Notes: a model not told the origin generated them from the letters alone. Counted from the first letter of the stretch, positions 28,978 to 39,517 are shown. The stretch is DNA of 64,000 nucleotides from an uncultured bacterium (GCA_963786935.1 CAWBAN010000001.1:1504001-1568000), one strand, 5' to 3'. Numbers and translations: made by a program.

Positions 28978-29641
28978 ATTCCATCGCCTTCCGCACGGCC
29001 CGGATACCCTCGACGATCTCCTGCTGATCGTCGACGACGTGTAGGAGCTCGAGCTCCTCGGGGGAGATTTTGTCCTCTTTCACCATGACGTTCTTCAGCC
29101 AGTCGACGAGCCCGCCCCAGTAGCTCTTCCCGAGGAGATACACGGGGAACGGCTTGATCTTGTGCGTCTGAATGAGGGTGAGCGCCTCGAAGAGCTCGTC
29201 CATCGTGCCGAATCCTCCGGGCAGGATGACGAACGCGACGGAGTACTTGACGAACATCACCTTGCGGACGAAGAAGTATCTGAAGCCGATGAGCTTGTCC
29301 ACGTAGGGATTCGGGCGCTGCTCGAACGGAAGCTCGATGTTGAGCCCGACCGAGAGCCCGCCCCCCTCCTGCGCGCCGCGGTTCGCGGCCTCCATCACGC
29401 CGGGTCCGCCGCCGGTGATGACGGCGCAGCCTTCCTTCGCGAGCTTCGCGGTGAGCGAGCGCGCCGCCGCGTACTCCGGATCATTCTCCCTCGCCCGCGC
29501 CGAGCCGAAGACGGTCACGGCGGGCCCGATGCTCGCGAGCGTGTCGAATCCCTCGACGAACTCGGCGAGAATCCTGAAGAGACGCCACGCTTCCTGCGAG
29601 CTGATCTCGTCTATGATATATTTCTTCTTTTCGGGGTCCAT
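28967..29641 (-). CDS. LOG-family nucleotide phosphoribohydrolase (TIGR00730-like)
   Basis: VTVFGSAR, ITGGGPGVMEAAN, RKVMF, PGGFGTMDE. Confidence 0.9.
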   Translation of the reverse strand: MDPEKKKYIIDEISSQEAWRLFRILAEFVEGFDTLASIGPAVTVFGSARARENDPEYAAARSLTAKLAKEGCAVITGGGPGVMEAANRGAQEGGGLSVGLNIELPFEQRPNPYVDKLIGFRYFFVRKVMFVKYSVAFVILPGGFGTMDELFEALTLIQTHKIKPFPVYLLGKSYWGGLVDWLKNVMVKEDKISPEELELLHVVDDQQEIVEGIRAVRKAMEFSD

Positions 29642-29755
29642 GAAAGCCTCCCGTCGGAATCGCGGAGCTCGGCGAGAGCGATCGCTTCTCGCTCCTTGCA
29701 TTTTTTTCAGGTTAGGATACAATCCGGCTGGGAATCAAGACAATTGAGGTGCGCG

Positions 29756-30172
29756 ATGCAAAAGACCATTTACGGCGACGGCGGCGGGCAGATCGAAACC
29801 TACCCGATCGAGGAATGCCGGCATTGCGACGAGCGCGGCTGGGTGCTTTTCCCGTGGGAGAAGCGGAACGCCGACATAGATCCGAAAACAATCCACATCG
29901 TTCAATCCCAGCCCGGCGCCACGCGGGGAAATCACTACCATCCCCGCGTCGCCGAGTGGCTCTGCCCCCTCGAAGGGGAAGGACTTCTCAGGTGGAAATC
30001 CCCCTCCGGCGAGCTGCAGGAGCTCCATCTCGAGGCGCAGACTCGGTGCGTGCGCATCCTCCCCGGGATCGCGCACGCCGTGATCAACGTGGGTCCGGGA
30101 GTGCTGGTCCTCATCGCGGCGCGCGAGCGCGATCCGGCCGGAGACCTCTCGGTGCCGGAGAAGATCGCCTGA
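29756..30172 (+). CDS. Cupin-domain protein (sugar isomerase/WxcM-like)
   Basis: DERG, PGATRGNHYH..E, PGIAHAV. Confidence 0.75.
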   Translation: MQKTIYGDGGGQIETYPIEECRHCDERGWVLFPWEKRNADIDPKTIHIVQSQPGATRGNHYHPRVAEWLCPLEGEGLLRWKSPSGELQELHLEAQTRCVRILPGIAHAVINVGPGVLVLIAARERDPAGDLSVPEKIA

Positions 30173-30201
30173 CACATCGAAACGCCGAAGGACTCCGCGC
30201 G

Positions 30202-31161
30202 ATGAAAGCGCTTCATTTCGACGGAAAGAAGCTCGCTCTCCGAACCGTGCCCGCGCCCCGGCTCCGGCCGGGAGAGGCGCTCGTCAAGGTGCGCCTGGCG
30301 GGGATCTGCTCGACGGATCTCGAGATCGTCCGCGGCTACATGTCGTTCCGGGGAATCCCGGGGCACGAGTTCGTCGGCACCGTCGTGTCGGCGCCCTCGA
30401 AGGCGCTCGCCGGAAAGCGGGTCGTCGGCGAGATCAACGTGCCCTGCGGCACGTGCGAAACGTGCCGGGCGGGCCTCGGCAGGCACTGCGCCGCCCGCGG
30501 CGTCCTCGGCATCAGCGGACGGAACGGCGCCTTCGCCGAGTACCTCGCGCTCCCCGCGAAAAATCTCCACGTCGTTCCGGCGCGCCTGAGCGACGAGGAA
30601 GCCGTCTTCACCGAGCTCGTCGCCGCGGCCTGCGAGATCGTCGAGCAGGTCGAGGTCCGCCCGCGGGACCGAGTGCTCGTCCTCGGCGACGGGCGGCTCG
30701 CCGCGATGGCTGCGCAGGTGCTCGGCGCCCGGACGAAGCGCATCGCCGTCCTCGGCAGGAGCCCCCGCAAGCTCGCGGCCCTGCGGAAGCTCGGGCTCGA
30801 CGCGCGCGGGCCCGCCGCCGCGGCGGCGCTCGCCCGTTCGCAGGACGTCGTGGTCGAATGCACGGGAAGCCCCCGCGGGCTCCCCCTCGCCGCGCGGCTC
30901 GTGAAGCCCCGCGGCACGATCGTTCTCAAATCGACGTATCACGGCGCCCTCGCGTGGAATCCGGCGCCCCTCGTCGTGGACGAGATAACGGTCGTCGGCT
31001 CGCGCTGCGGGCCGTTCGAGCCGGCGCTCTCCCTCCTCGCCGCGGGCCGGGTGCGCGTGCTCCCCTTCCTGAGCGCGGTCTATCCGATCGAGCGATGGGA
31101 GACGGCGTTTCGCGCGGCGCGGCGGGCCGGCGCGTTCAAGGTTCTCCTGAGCATGGAGTGA
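30202..31161 (+). CDS. Zinc-dependent alcohol dehydrogenase (MDR family)
   Basis: GICSTD, GHEFVG, CGTCETC..HC, GDGRLA. Confidence 0.88.
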   Translation: MKALHFDGKKLALRTVPAPRLRPGEALVKVRLAGICSTDLEIVRGYMSFRGIPGHEFVGTVVSAPSKALAGKRVVGEINVPCGTCETCRAGLGRHCAARGVLGISGRNGAFAEYLALPAKNLHVVPARLSDEEAVFTELVAAACEIVEQVEVRPRDRVLVLGDGRLAAMAAQVLGARTKRIAVLGRSPRKLAALRKLGLDARGPAAAAALARSQDVVVECTGSPRGLPLAARLVKPRGTIVLKSTYHGALAWNPAPLVVDEITVVGSRCGPFEPALSLLAAGRVRVLPFLSAVYPIERWETAFRAARRAGAFKVLLSME

Positions 31162-31164
31162 GCG

Positions 31165-31905
31165 GTGTTTCTCCCGTTGAAGGACATCAATCCGACGAAC
31201 CGGCGCCCCGTCGCCACCTACGCGCTCATCGCGGCGAACGTCGCCGTCTTCATTTACCAGCTGTCGCTCGGCTCGCGCCTCGGCAACGCCTTCGTCGCCG
31301 CGTACGGCGCCACCCCCTTCGAGATCACGCATATGACCGATCTCGTCGGGGACGTGAAGGCGGGGCTCCCGCTCGTACATTTTCCCGGCCCGCACCCGAT
31401 CGTGCTCACCCTTCTCACGTCGATGTTCATGCACGGCGGGCTCGCGCACCTCGGCGGGAACATGCTCTTCCTCTGGATCTTCGGGAACAACGTCGAGGAT
31501 ATCCTCGGGCCGGCGCGGTTCGTCCTGTTCTATCTCGCGTGCGGGCTCGGCGCGCACGCGCTCCACATCGCTTCCGACCCGTCCTCGCTCGTTCCGACGG
31601 TGGGAGCGAGCGGCGCCATTTCGGGGGTGCTGGCGGGGTACCTCATCGCGTTTCCCCGCGCGCGCGTCCTCACGCTCGTCTTTCTCGGCTTCTTCATCAG
31701 GATGGCGGTGCTCCCCGCGTACGTCATCATTATCTACTGGTTCGTCATCCAGTTCGTCTTCGCCCTCGTCTCGCTCGGAGGAACGGGGACCGGCGGCGTG
31801 GCGTGGTTCGCCCACGTCGGGGGATTCCTCACCGGCATCGCGCTCATTCTCGCGATGGCGGGAAGCAAGCTCTCGTGGATCAGGAGAACCGGCCCGGTCG
31901 AATGA
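31165..31905 (+). CDS. Rhomboid intramembrane serine protease
   Basis: SMFMHGG..HLGGNM, GASGAISG, AHVGG. Confidence 0.92.
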   Translation: MFLPLKDINPTNRRPVATYALIAANVAVFIYQLSLGSRLGNAFVAAYGATPFEITHMTDLVGDVKAGLPLVHFPGPHPIVLTLLTSMFMHGGLAHLGGNMLFLWIFGNNVEDILGPARFVLFYLACGLGAHALHIASDPSSLVPTVGASGAISGVLAGYLIAFPRARVLTLVFLGFFIRMAVLPAYVIIIYWFVIQFVFALVSLGGTGTGGVAWFAHVGGFLTGIALILAMAGSKLSWIRRTGPVE

Positions 31906-31917
31906 CCCCTCGCCCGC

Positions 31918-32583
31918 TCAGAGCGGCGCGGGCATGCCGTCGAGACCGATAGCGGCCGCGTCGAGGTGCGCGGTGTCGCCGAAGCTCCGCAGGCGCGGCT
32001 TGAAATCGAGAACGACCGTCGTGATCGAGGCGTTCGGAAGCGAGAAGCTCCACATATCGTCCACGCGCATGCCGAGGATGTGCGTCAGGTAGACGCAGAT
32101 GACGCCGCCGTGCGTGATGAGGGCGACGTCCCCGGCGTGGGCCGCGGCGCCGGCGTCCATGAACGAGACGACGCGATTCCTGAAAGCGGCGAGATCCTCC
32201 CCCCGCTCGAGCTTCACCGTCGAGGGGCGCCGGTACCACGCGTCGAGCTTCGCCGGATCCTCGGCGCGAAGATCCTCGATGAGCCGCCCCTCCCATTCGC
32301 CGAGGGAGAGCTCCCTGATCTCCGCCGAGATCCTGAGCGGAAAGCCCTCGCCGAGCGCGAGGCGCGCGGTTTCGAGCGTGCGCCCCGCGTCGCTCGAATA
32401 GACCGCCTCGAGCGGAAGCGCCCGTAGGCGGCGCCCGAGGAGCCTCGCCTGCTCCCGCCCCGTCGGGCTCAACGCCACGTCGAGGGCGGTCCCCTGAACG
32501 CGGCGCTCGAGGTTCCAGGCCGATTCGGCATGGCGGATCAGATGGATCTTTCGCGGGGAGGGAACCATATCGCGCTCCTTCAT
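31918..32583 (-). CDS. Histidine phosphatase family protein
   Basis: LIRHAES, LGEWEG, ITHGG, LPNAS. Confidence 0.88.
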   Translation of the reverse strand: MKERDMVPSPRKIHLIRHAESAWNLERRVQGTALDVALSPTGREQARLLGRRLRALPLEAVYSSDAGRTLETARLALGEGFPLRISAEIRELSLGEWEGRLIEDLRAEDPAKLDAWYRRPSTVKLERGEDLAAFRNRVVSFMDAGAAAHAGDVALITHGGVICVYLTHILGMRVDDMWSFSLPNASITTVVLDFKPRLRSFGDTAHLDAAAIGLDGMPAPL

Positions 32584-32701
32584 GGCTTGCGAACTTCGCG
32601 GCTTTACGCTACCTTTGAGCTACGATGAGAAAAGCACGGCCCCGCGCGTCGAATCAAGCATCTTCTCGAGCCGTTTCGGGCTCTTTCGGAGGACACGCGT
32701 A

Positions 32702-34717
32702 ATGCTCCGTCGTCTCGTGCCGCTCGCGGCGGCTACCCTCGTCTCCCTGAGCGGCGGATCCTTCGGCGCGCCCGGCGGAGCCGTCGCTTCGCCCGCCGCA
32801 CTCGGCCCGTCGCCGGCCGGATCGCCGGCCGGAGCCGGATTCACGCTCCTCTCGCGCTCCCTCATCCAGGGACCGGCGCGGTCCGTCGCGTTCTCCCGCG
32901 ACGGCAACGACGTCGTCGTCGGCACGGGGAGCGGGATAGCGGTGCTCCGCGGGACGGACGGATTCCGGAATCCCGCCTTCCTCCCGCTCGACGGGGAGCC
33001 GCTCGACATGATCGTGCGAGGCTCCCTCGTCTACGCGGCGGCCGGGGGGGGCGGCATCGTCACGCTCGACATATCCGGTCCCGGCGCTCCCCGGGAGACG
33101 TTCAGGCATGAAGGCATACGGGCGGAGAGGCTGGCGCTGGCGGGAGGCGCGCTCTTCGCCGCCGACGCGCAGGGAAAGCTGCACGCCTTCGATTGCGCCG
33201 ATCCGCGCGAGCCCCGCTTCATCGAGACGAAACAGCTCCCCGCGTCCGTGATCTCGCTCGCGGCCGAGGGGGATCTCCTCGCGATCGTCTATCCCGACCG
33301 GGTATCGATATGCCGCGTCGGGCCAAACGGCGCGATCCGTGAGCTCTCGCAGGCGACACTCGCGCGGCCGCCGAAAAGCTCGAAGGAGCAAAGCGGCGCC
33401 CCGAACGCGGCCGCCACGGGCGCGAAAAAGGGAATCATGAGCCGCAGCGTCCTCATCGTTCTCACCTCGGCCGGCGACATCCAATGCTGGGATCTCGCGA
33501 ATCCCGACCGCCCCACGGCGCTCGATCCGCCCCGCGTCAAGGGCATAACCGACGTCGCGGTCTCGGACGGCGAGGGAATGCTCCTCACGAATCTCCAATT
33601 TTTGCTCCCCTTCGATATCGAGCGCCCTGACGGCCCGGCGGGCGGCGCCCGCGTGAAATTGAGATCGGGAAAGGGATTCTCGCTCGAGAGCGCCAATCGC
33701 TACGGCCAGCCGATCGCCACGGGAAATCCCGCGGTGAGCGAGTCGCGCGGCGGATCGGAGCGCGTCGACGCCGTCTATATGTCCGCGGGGCGGCTCGCCG
33801 TCGTCAAGCCGTTCGACGAGGTCCGCGTGTTCGGGCTCGATCGCGGCAAACCGAAATACATCGGCGGCTTCGCGACGCGCGGATTCGCGATCAGCGTCAT
33901 CGCCTCCGGCGGCCTCGTCTACGTCGCGAACGGATTCGACGGTGTCCGCATCGGGCGCCTCGGGCGGGACGGCTCCGTCGAATGGATCGGCCACGTTCAA
34001 ACGCTCGAGGCGCGCGACGTGGCGCTCGCCGGCACGACGCTCTTCATCGCGGACGGGCTCGGCGGAATCAAGACCGCCGACGTGAAAGACCCGGCGCGGG
34101 CGAGGATCGTCGGACGCCACGCCTCTTCCTATTTCATGTCGGCCCTCGTCGTCAGGGGCGGACGCGCCTACTGCGCCGGCGGGCTCGGCGGCGTGGAGAT
34201 CGTGGACGTCGCCGATCCGCGGCGGCCCCGATTCGTCTGGCGCGGAGAATTCTCCGAAGTCCGGGGCATCGACGTCGACGCGCGCTGGCTTTATTTTTCC
34301 GACGGATACGACGGATGCCGCATCTACGATCTCGGCGCCGACGCTCCCCGGGCCGTCTCGGTACTCGACACGCCCGGGTGGAACTGCGATTGCTTCGTGA
34401 CCGGCGACGTCGCGTACCTCGCGGACGGCGGCGCGGGCGTCGCCGTCGCCGACGTCTCGGACCGCGCCAAGCCCCGCACGCTCGGATCGCTCTCGCTCGG
34501 CACGATCGTGCGCGCCGTGCACCCGCTCGGCAAAACGCTCTTCGCCGCGGCCCACACGAGGGGTGTGGCCGCGATCGACGTATCGAATCCGGCGAAACCC
34601 TCGGTCGCCGCCTGGTACGACACCGCCGACGACGCCCGCGGCATCTTCGCGGACGGCGAATTCGTGTACGCCGCGAGCGGCTCCGGCGGGGTCTACATGT
34701 TCAAATACGTCCGCTGA
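32702..34717 (+). CDS. Secreted LVIVD-repeat beta-propeller protein
   Basis: Signal peptide; repeated YxAxGxxGVxIxDVSDPxxP units. Confidence 0.78.
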   Translation: MLRRLVPLAAATLVSLSGGSFGAPGGAVASPAALGPSPAGSPAGAGFTLLSRSLIQGPARSVAFSRDGNDVVVGTGSGIAVLRGTDGFRNPAFLPLDGEPLDMIVRGSLVYAAAGGGGIVTLDISGPGAPRETFRHEGIRAERLALAGGALFAADAQGKLHAFDCADPREPRFIETKQLPASVISLAAEGDLLAIVYPDRVSICRVGPNGAIRELSQATLARPPKSSKEQSGAPNAAATGAKKGIMSRSVLIVLTSAGDIQCWDLANPDRPTALDPPRVKGITDVAVSDGEGMLLTNLQFLLPFDIERPDGPAGGARVKLRSGKGFSLESANRYGQPIATGNPAVSESRGGSERVDAVYMSAGRLAVVKPFDEVRVFGLDRGKPKYIGGFATRGFAISVIASGGLVYVANGFDGVRIGRLGRDGSVEWIGHVQTLEARDVALAGTTLFIADGLGGIKTADVKDPARARIVGRHASSYFMSALVVRGGRAYCAGGLGGVEIVDVADPRRPRFVWRGEFSEVRGIDVDARWLYFSDGYDGCRIYDLGADAPRAVSVLDTPGWNCDCFVTGDVAYLADGGAGVAVADVSDRAKPRTLGSLSLGTIVRAVHPLGKTLFAAAHTRGVAAIDVSNPAKPSVAAWYDTADDARGIFADGEFVYAASGSGGVYMFKYVR

Positions 34718-34734
34718 GCAAGGAAGGAGTCCGC

Positions 34735-36627
34735 ATGTTCAGGGTACCTCCCGCGCGCTTCGCGCGCATCCGGCGGCTCGCCGCCCTCGCCTTCGCCGCG
34801 GCGCTCATCGCGCCGGCCGCCGGCGCGGCGCAGGGATTCGACTTCCCCGCCGGCGCGCTCGTCACGGCCGAGATGAACCATTCGCTCTCCGTGTTCCACC
34901 CCGGCTCCACCGGATACGTGGCGATCACGGCGGACATCGCCGCCGGATGGCACATCAACGCGGAGAAGCCCCTCGAATCGTATCTCATCCCGACGGTGCT
35001 CGAGGTGAGCGCCCCGCCGGGAATCGAGATCGTGCGGATCCTCTATCCCGCGCCCGCTCTCACGAAGCTCGATATCAGCGAGACGAAGATGGCCCTCTAC
35101 GACGGCGTCGTCGTGTTCGGCGCCGTCATCCGAATCGGCCCGGACGTCCAGCCGGGCCCTTATCGCATCACGGCGACGATCCGGTATCAGGGCTGCAACA
35201 ACCTCACGTGCGTCGAGCCGTCGAGCGCCTCGGCGTCCGACACGATCCGCGTGGGAACGCTCCAGGAGGCGGTCGAGCAGCTCGATGAGGAGCTCTTCTC
35301 GAAGCCTCCGTTCCCGGCGGGCGACAGCGCCGCCGCGAGCGTTGGGGCCGCCCCCTCCGCGGGCGTCGGAGCCGCTTCGTCGGGCGTCGGTGATTTCGGG
35401 AAGATGGTAGCGGAGCGGGGGCTCGCGCTCGCGCTGCTCGCCGTATTTCTCGGCGGCCTCGCCCTCAACCTCACTCCCTGCATCTACCCGCTCATTCCGG
35501 TCACGGTGAGCTACTTCGGCGCGCAGGCCGGCGGGAAGGCGTCCCGCGTGTTTCTGCTGGCGCTCGTCTACGTGCTCGGCATGTCGATCACGTACAGCGT
35601 CCTCGGCACGATCGCCGCGATGACGGGGAATCTTTTCGGCGCGGCCCTCCAGAACCCGATCGTCGTGTTCGGAATATCCGCGATTCTCGTCGCGCTCGCC
35701 CTCTCCATGTTCGGCTTCTGGGAGATCCGCATGCCGATGTTCCTCGCGCAGCGAACGGGAAGGGGGCGCCAGGGATACGCCGGCGCGCTTTTCATGGGGC
35801 TCACCATGGGAATCGTCGCCGCTCCGTGCATCGGCCCCTTCGTCGCCGGGCTCCTCGTGTCCGTCGGCCAGATGGGCAAGCCGTTCCTCGGATTTCTCAT
35901 ATTCTTCACGCTCGCCTGGGGAATGGGAGCTCCCTTCATCGTGCTCGGAATGATGTCGGGAAGCATCTCGCGCCTGCCGCGCTCGGGGGACTGGATGGTG
36001 TGGGTGCGCAAGCTGTTCGGCTTCATTCTCATCGCGATGGCGCTCTATTTCGCGCAGCATTTCCTCCCGCGGCGCCTCGTTGCGGTCGGCTACGCCCTGA
36101 TCGCCGCCTGCGGGGGAATCTACCTCGGCTGGATCGATCGCGCGATCGGAACCGGCAAGGGATTCAAAGCGTTCAAGCGCGTCGTGGGCGTTTTGGGCGT
36201 CGCTCTGGCCGCAGCGGTTTTCGTCATCCCGGCGATTCGCGGAGAGAATGCCGAAGAGCGCGGCATCGCCTGGCTTCCATACAACGAGGAGATCGTCATG
36301 AACGCGCCGGGCGACGGGAAGGCCGTCATCATCGATTTCACGGCCGCCTGGTGCCTTCCGTGCCACGAGCTCGACGCCAAGACCTTCTCCGACCCGGAAG
36401 TCGTGAAGCTCGCGGCGCGCGTCATTCCCCTCAGAGTCGATCTCACCCGGTCCGGCGCGGACGAAAAGAAAATAAAGAACGCTTACAAGGTTTTGGGACC
36501 TCCGGTTATCATTTTCATCGACAAGACGGGCGCCGAGATCGAGGAGCTCCGGGTAATCGGATTCATCGACGCGCCGGAGATGCGCAGGCGCCTCGAAACG
36601 CTTATCGGCGGCGGCGCGGGAAGGTAG
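34735..36627 (+). CDS. dsbD: Protein-disulfide reductase DsbD
   Basis: GWHIN, QGCNNLTC, LTPCIYPLIP, APCIGP, DFTAAWCLPC. Confidence 0.9.
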   Translation: MFRVPPARFARIRRLAALAFAAALIAPAAGAAQGFDFPAGALVTAEMNHSLSVFHPGSTGYVAITADIAAGWHINAEKPLESYLIPTVLEVSAPPGIEIVRILYPAPALTKLDISETKMALYDGVVVFGAVIRIGPDVQPGPYRITATIRYQGCNNLTCVEPSSASASDTIRVGTLQEAVEQLDEELFSKPPFPAGDSAAASVGAAPSAGVGAASSGVGDFGKMVAERGLALALLAVFLGGLALNLTPCIYPLIPVTVSYFGAQAGGKASRVFLLALVYVLGMSITYSVLGTIAAMTGNLFGAALQNPIVVFGISAILVALALSMFGFWEIRMPMFLAQRTGRGRQGYAGALFMGLTMGIVAAPCIGPFVAGLLVSVGQMGKPFLGFLIFFTLAWGMGAPFIVLGMMSGSISRLPRSGDWMVWVRKLFGFILIAMALYFAQHFLPRRLVAVGYALIAACGGIYLGWIDRAIGTGKGFKAFKRVVGVLGVALAAAVFVIPAIRGENAEERGIAWLPYNEEIVMNAPGDGKAVIIDFTAAWCLPCHELDAKTFSDPEVVKLAARVIPLRVDLTRSGADEKKIKNAYKVLGPPVIIFIDKTGAEIEELRVIGFIDAPEMRRRLETLIGGGAGR

Positions 36628-36632
36628 CCCTT

Positions 36633-37493
36633 ATGAAGCTCGTCACGTTCGAGAAAGCGGGCAGGCGCGCCGGCGTGGTCATCGCCGACATGATCCTCGA
36701 CGTGAGCTCGGCGCTCCACTGCACCCCGCTTTCGGTCGAGGATCTTTTCCGCCGCGGCCTCGTCCCCGAGGTCCAGAATCTCTCCGACAACGCGGCCGAG
36801 ATCGACCGCTCGCATTTCCTTCCCCTCAAGGGAGCGCGCCTCCACGCCCCCGTGCAGGGCCCGAGCAAGATCGTCTGCCTCGGCCTCAACTACCGCGGCC
36901 ACGCCCTCGAGCAGAAGAAGGAGCCGCCGAAGCAGCCGCTCCTCTTCGCGAAGGCGCCGAGCGCGCTCACGGGGCCGTACGACGATATCGTCATCCGCCG
37001 CGGCGTCGAGCAGGTCGACGCGGAGGCGGAGCTCGCCGTCGTGATCGGCCGCGAGGGGACGCTGATCCCCGTTGCGGAAGCCCTCTCCTACGTCGGCGGA
37101 TACATGGCGTTCAACGATGTGAGCGCCCGCGCGATCCAGCACGGCGACAAGCAGTGGTTCCGGGGCAAGAGCTTCGACACCTTCGCCCCGTGCGGCCCCT
37201 GGATCGTGACGGCGAACGAGCTCGGCGATCCGGGAACGCTGGCGATCCGCCAGCGGCTCGGGGATGTCGTGATGCAGGAGAGCACCACCGCGGACATGAC
37301 CTTCGACGTCGCCTCGATCGTCTCGTTCGTTTCCCAGTCGATGACGCTGCTGCCCGGAGACGTCATCGCGACGGGAACGCCCGCCGGCGTCGGCGTGTAC
37401 CGCGAGCCCCCCGTGTTTCTCAAGGACGGGGACGTCGTGACGGTGGAAATCGAGCGGATCGGCGCGATCAGGAACAGGGTCAGGGCCCTCTGA
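36633..37493 (+). CDS. Fumarylacetoacetate hydrolase family protein
   Basis: KIVCLGLNY, EAELAVVIG, NDVSAR, GKSFDT, TGTPAGVG. Confidence 0.9.
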   Translation: MKLVTFEKAGRRAGVVIADMILDVSSALHCTPLSVEDLFRRGLVPEVQNLSDNAAEIDRSHFLPLKGARLHAPVQGPSKIVCLGLNYRGHALEQKKEPPKQPLLFAKAPSALTGPYDDIVIRRGVEQVDAEAELAVVIGREGTLIPVAEALSYVGGYMAFNDVSARAIQHGDKQWFRGKSFDTFAPCGPWIVTANELGDPGTLAIRQRLGDVVMQESTTADMTFDVASIVSFVSQSMTLLPGDVIATGTPAGVGVYREPPVFLKDGDVVTVEIERIGAIRNRVRAL

Positions 37494-37505
37494 CGGCGGA
37501 GCGAC

Positions 37506-38729
37506 GTGGAATCGAAGCTCAAGAAAGTCCTCATCCTCTCGATCTGGGAAGACATCTGGTCGCTCGGCGAGGGGGGCGGCGTCGCCGACGAGCTGCAGTT
37601 CGTCAGGCATCTCACGAAGCGGGGCATCGAGCTCCATTTCCTCATCCCGAAGCCGCGCTCGAAACGGGAGAATCTCGGCGATTCGCTCCTCACCTATCAC
37701 ACCTACCCGAATCTTTTCCGGGCGTTCGGGCGCTTTCCGGGCATCATGCGGCGGTTCCTCTGGCCGACCCTGTTCCCGTTCGTCGTGATGCGGCGGCTCG
37801 AGCGGCTCGCGGTCGAGATCGAGCCCGACGTGCTCATGGGATTCACGCACTACTCGTTCTACCCGCTCAACCGGATCGGGAGGCGGCTCGGCATCCCGAC
37901 GATCGTGAAGCTGTTCGGCGTGATGTACCTCGACCGGTTCGATTTCCCGAGGATCAAGTATCTCTGGAAGAGCGTCGAGCAGGTGATCGCGCTCCGGCAC
38001 CCCGTCGATCGCTACATCATTCTGAACGACGGGACGCGCGGCGAGATGGCGCTCACGCGGCTCGGCATCCCGCGCGAGAAGATTTCGTTCCTCCCGAACG
38101 GCATGGACACCGAATGGGCCGATCTCCCCGTCGACCGGCGCGAGGCGCGCGCCGCGATGGGGCTCCCGCAGGACAAGATCCTCGTCGTCACCTTCTCGCG
38201 CCTCGTCAAATCGAAGCGGATCGAGCTCATGCTCCGGGCGATCGCGATGATGGATCCGGCCGTGCGCGCCCGGGCGGCGTTCGTCGTCGGCGGCGACGGC
38301 CCCGAGCGCGCGCGGCTCGAACGCGAAGCGGCGAAGCTCGGCCTCGCGGGCTCCGTGATCTTCACCGGAGTCATCCCGCACCGGGACGTCGTCTACTTCC
38401 TCAAGGCGAGCGACGTGTTCGCCGCGACGAACGAGCTCACGAACATGTCGCTCCCCCCCTGCGAGGCGATCCTCTGCGGCGTGCCGGTCGTCGCCTTCGA
38501 CGTCTCGGGCACCGCGGAAGTGATCCGCGACGGCGAGACGGGGCTCCTCGTGAAAAACGGGGACGTCGCCGGTTTCTCGATGAAGCTCGAGACGATCATC
38601 CGCGACGAGGCGCTCCGAAAACGGCTCGGCGAGCAGGCGGCGGCCTTCGGCCGGACCTATTTCGTCTCATGGGACGAGCGGATCGACATGGAGTGCCGCG
38701 TGATGGAACGGCTCGCGGGCGGCGGATAA
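37506..38729 (+). CDS. Glycosyltransferase family 4
   Basis: PNGMD, SRLVKSKR, GDGPER, EAILCGVPVV, GETGLL. Confidence 0.88.
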   Translation: MESKLKKVLILSIWEDIWSLGEGGGVADELQFVRHLTKRGIELHFLIPKPRSKRENLGDSLLTYHTYPNLFRAFGRFPGIMRRFLWPTLFPFVVMRRLERLAVEIEPDVLMGFTHYSFYPLNRIGRRLGIPTIVKLFGVMYLDRFDFPRIKYLWKSVEQVIALRHPVDRYIILNDGTRGEMALTRLGIPREKISFLPNGMDTEWADLPVDRREARAAMGLPQDKILVVTFSRLVKSKRIELMLRAIAMMDPAVRARAAFVVGGDGPERARLEREAAKLGLAGSVIFTGVIPHRDVVYFLKASDVFAATNELTNMSLPPCEAILCGVPVVAFDVSGTAEVIRDGETGLLVKNGDVAGFSMKLETIIRDEALRKRLGEQAAAFGRTYFVSWDERIDMECRVMERLAGGG

Positions 38730-38730
38730 T

Positions 38731-38845
38731 AAGAAGACGCCTCGGCTTCTCATAAGACTTTGGGAATCCGGGGCGTCTCGCTATGAGGGTATGCCGAGCA
38801 GGCGCAGGGCATTTACGGATGGGCCGCTCTACGGCGGCTTCTTTC
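38731..38845 (+). ncRNA. Candidate structured RNA / terminator region
   Basis: Nested stems with G-U pairs on the + strand plus a terminator-like hairpin at 38821-38844; family unknown. Confidence 0.3.
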
Positions 38846-38881
38846 ATCACTCCTGTTCCCTACCCGCCCACTCGCATTAGT

Positions 38882-38909
38882 ATTCTAGCCGGATTTCTCG
38901 GGTTGTCAA
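38882..38909 (-). promoter_or_regulatory. Sigma70-like promoter firing antisense into the structured region
   Basis: TTGACA-16-TAGAAT. Confidence 0.5.
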
Positions 38910-38964
38910 TCCCCCCTCCATTGATTATGGTCTTGTCAAAACGCACGGAGGAGGATACCGAAAC

Positions 38965-39453
38965 ATGAGCGACGACGCGCATCTCTCGATTCGACAAGCG
39001 GACATAAACGACGTTCCGCTCCTGTTCCAGCTGATCAAGGAGCTCGCCGAATTCGAGCGCATACCGCACGAAGTCTCGGCGACCGAGGAGATCATCCGCG
39101 ACAGCCTCTTCGGCGAGTCGCCGGCGGCCGCCGCGCTCCTCGCGGAGCTCGACGGAAAGCCGGCCGGCTTCCTCGTCTACTTCGACAACTTCTCGACTTT
39201 CGTCGGAAAGGCCGGCCTCTATATCGAGGACCTCTATGTGAGGCCCGAATACCGCGGCCTCGGCGCCGGCAAAGCGCTCTTCCTGCGCTGCGTGGAGCTC
39301 GCGCGTGAGCGGGGCCTCGGCAGGGTGGAATTCGCCGTGCTCGAATGGAATCCGGCGCGCGAGTTCTACGAGCGGTTCGGGGCCCGGGCGATGGAGGACT
39401 GGGTCCTCTACCGGCTCGGCGGGAACGCCATGAAGTCGCTCGATCACTCATAA
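38965..39453 (+). CDS. GNAT N-acetyltransferase (diamine acetyltransferase-like)
   Basis: LIKELAEFE, LYIEDLYVRPEYRGLGAG, VLEWN. Confidence 0.9.
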   Translation: MSDDAHLSIRQADINDVPLLFQLIKELAEFERIPHEVSATEEIIRDSLFGESPAAAALLAELDGKPAGFLVYFDNFSTFVGKAGLYIEDLYVRPEYRGLGAGKALFLRCVELARERGLGRVEFAVLEWNPAREFYERFGARAMEDWVLYRLGGNAMKSLDHS

Positions 39454-39517
39454 AAGAGCACGATTATTGCATAATGGCCGTTGTACGGAGAATTCCGGGC
39501 ACGGAAGGGAGATCACT

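Noticed and set aside
38596..38850. 84-aa minus-strand ORF behind the antisense promoter
   Set aside because: Overlaps the GT4 gene, atypical composition, no recognisable motif; kept only as part of the RNA finding
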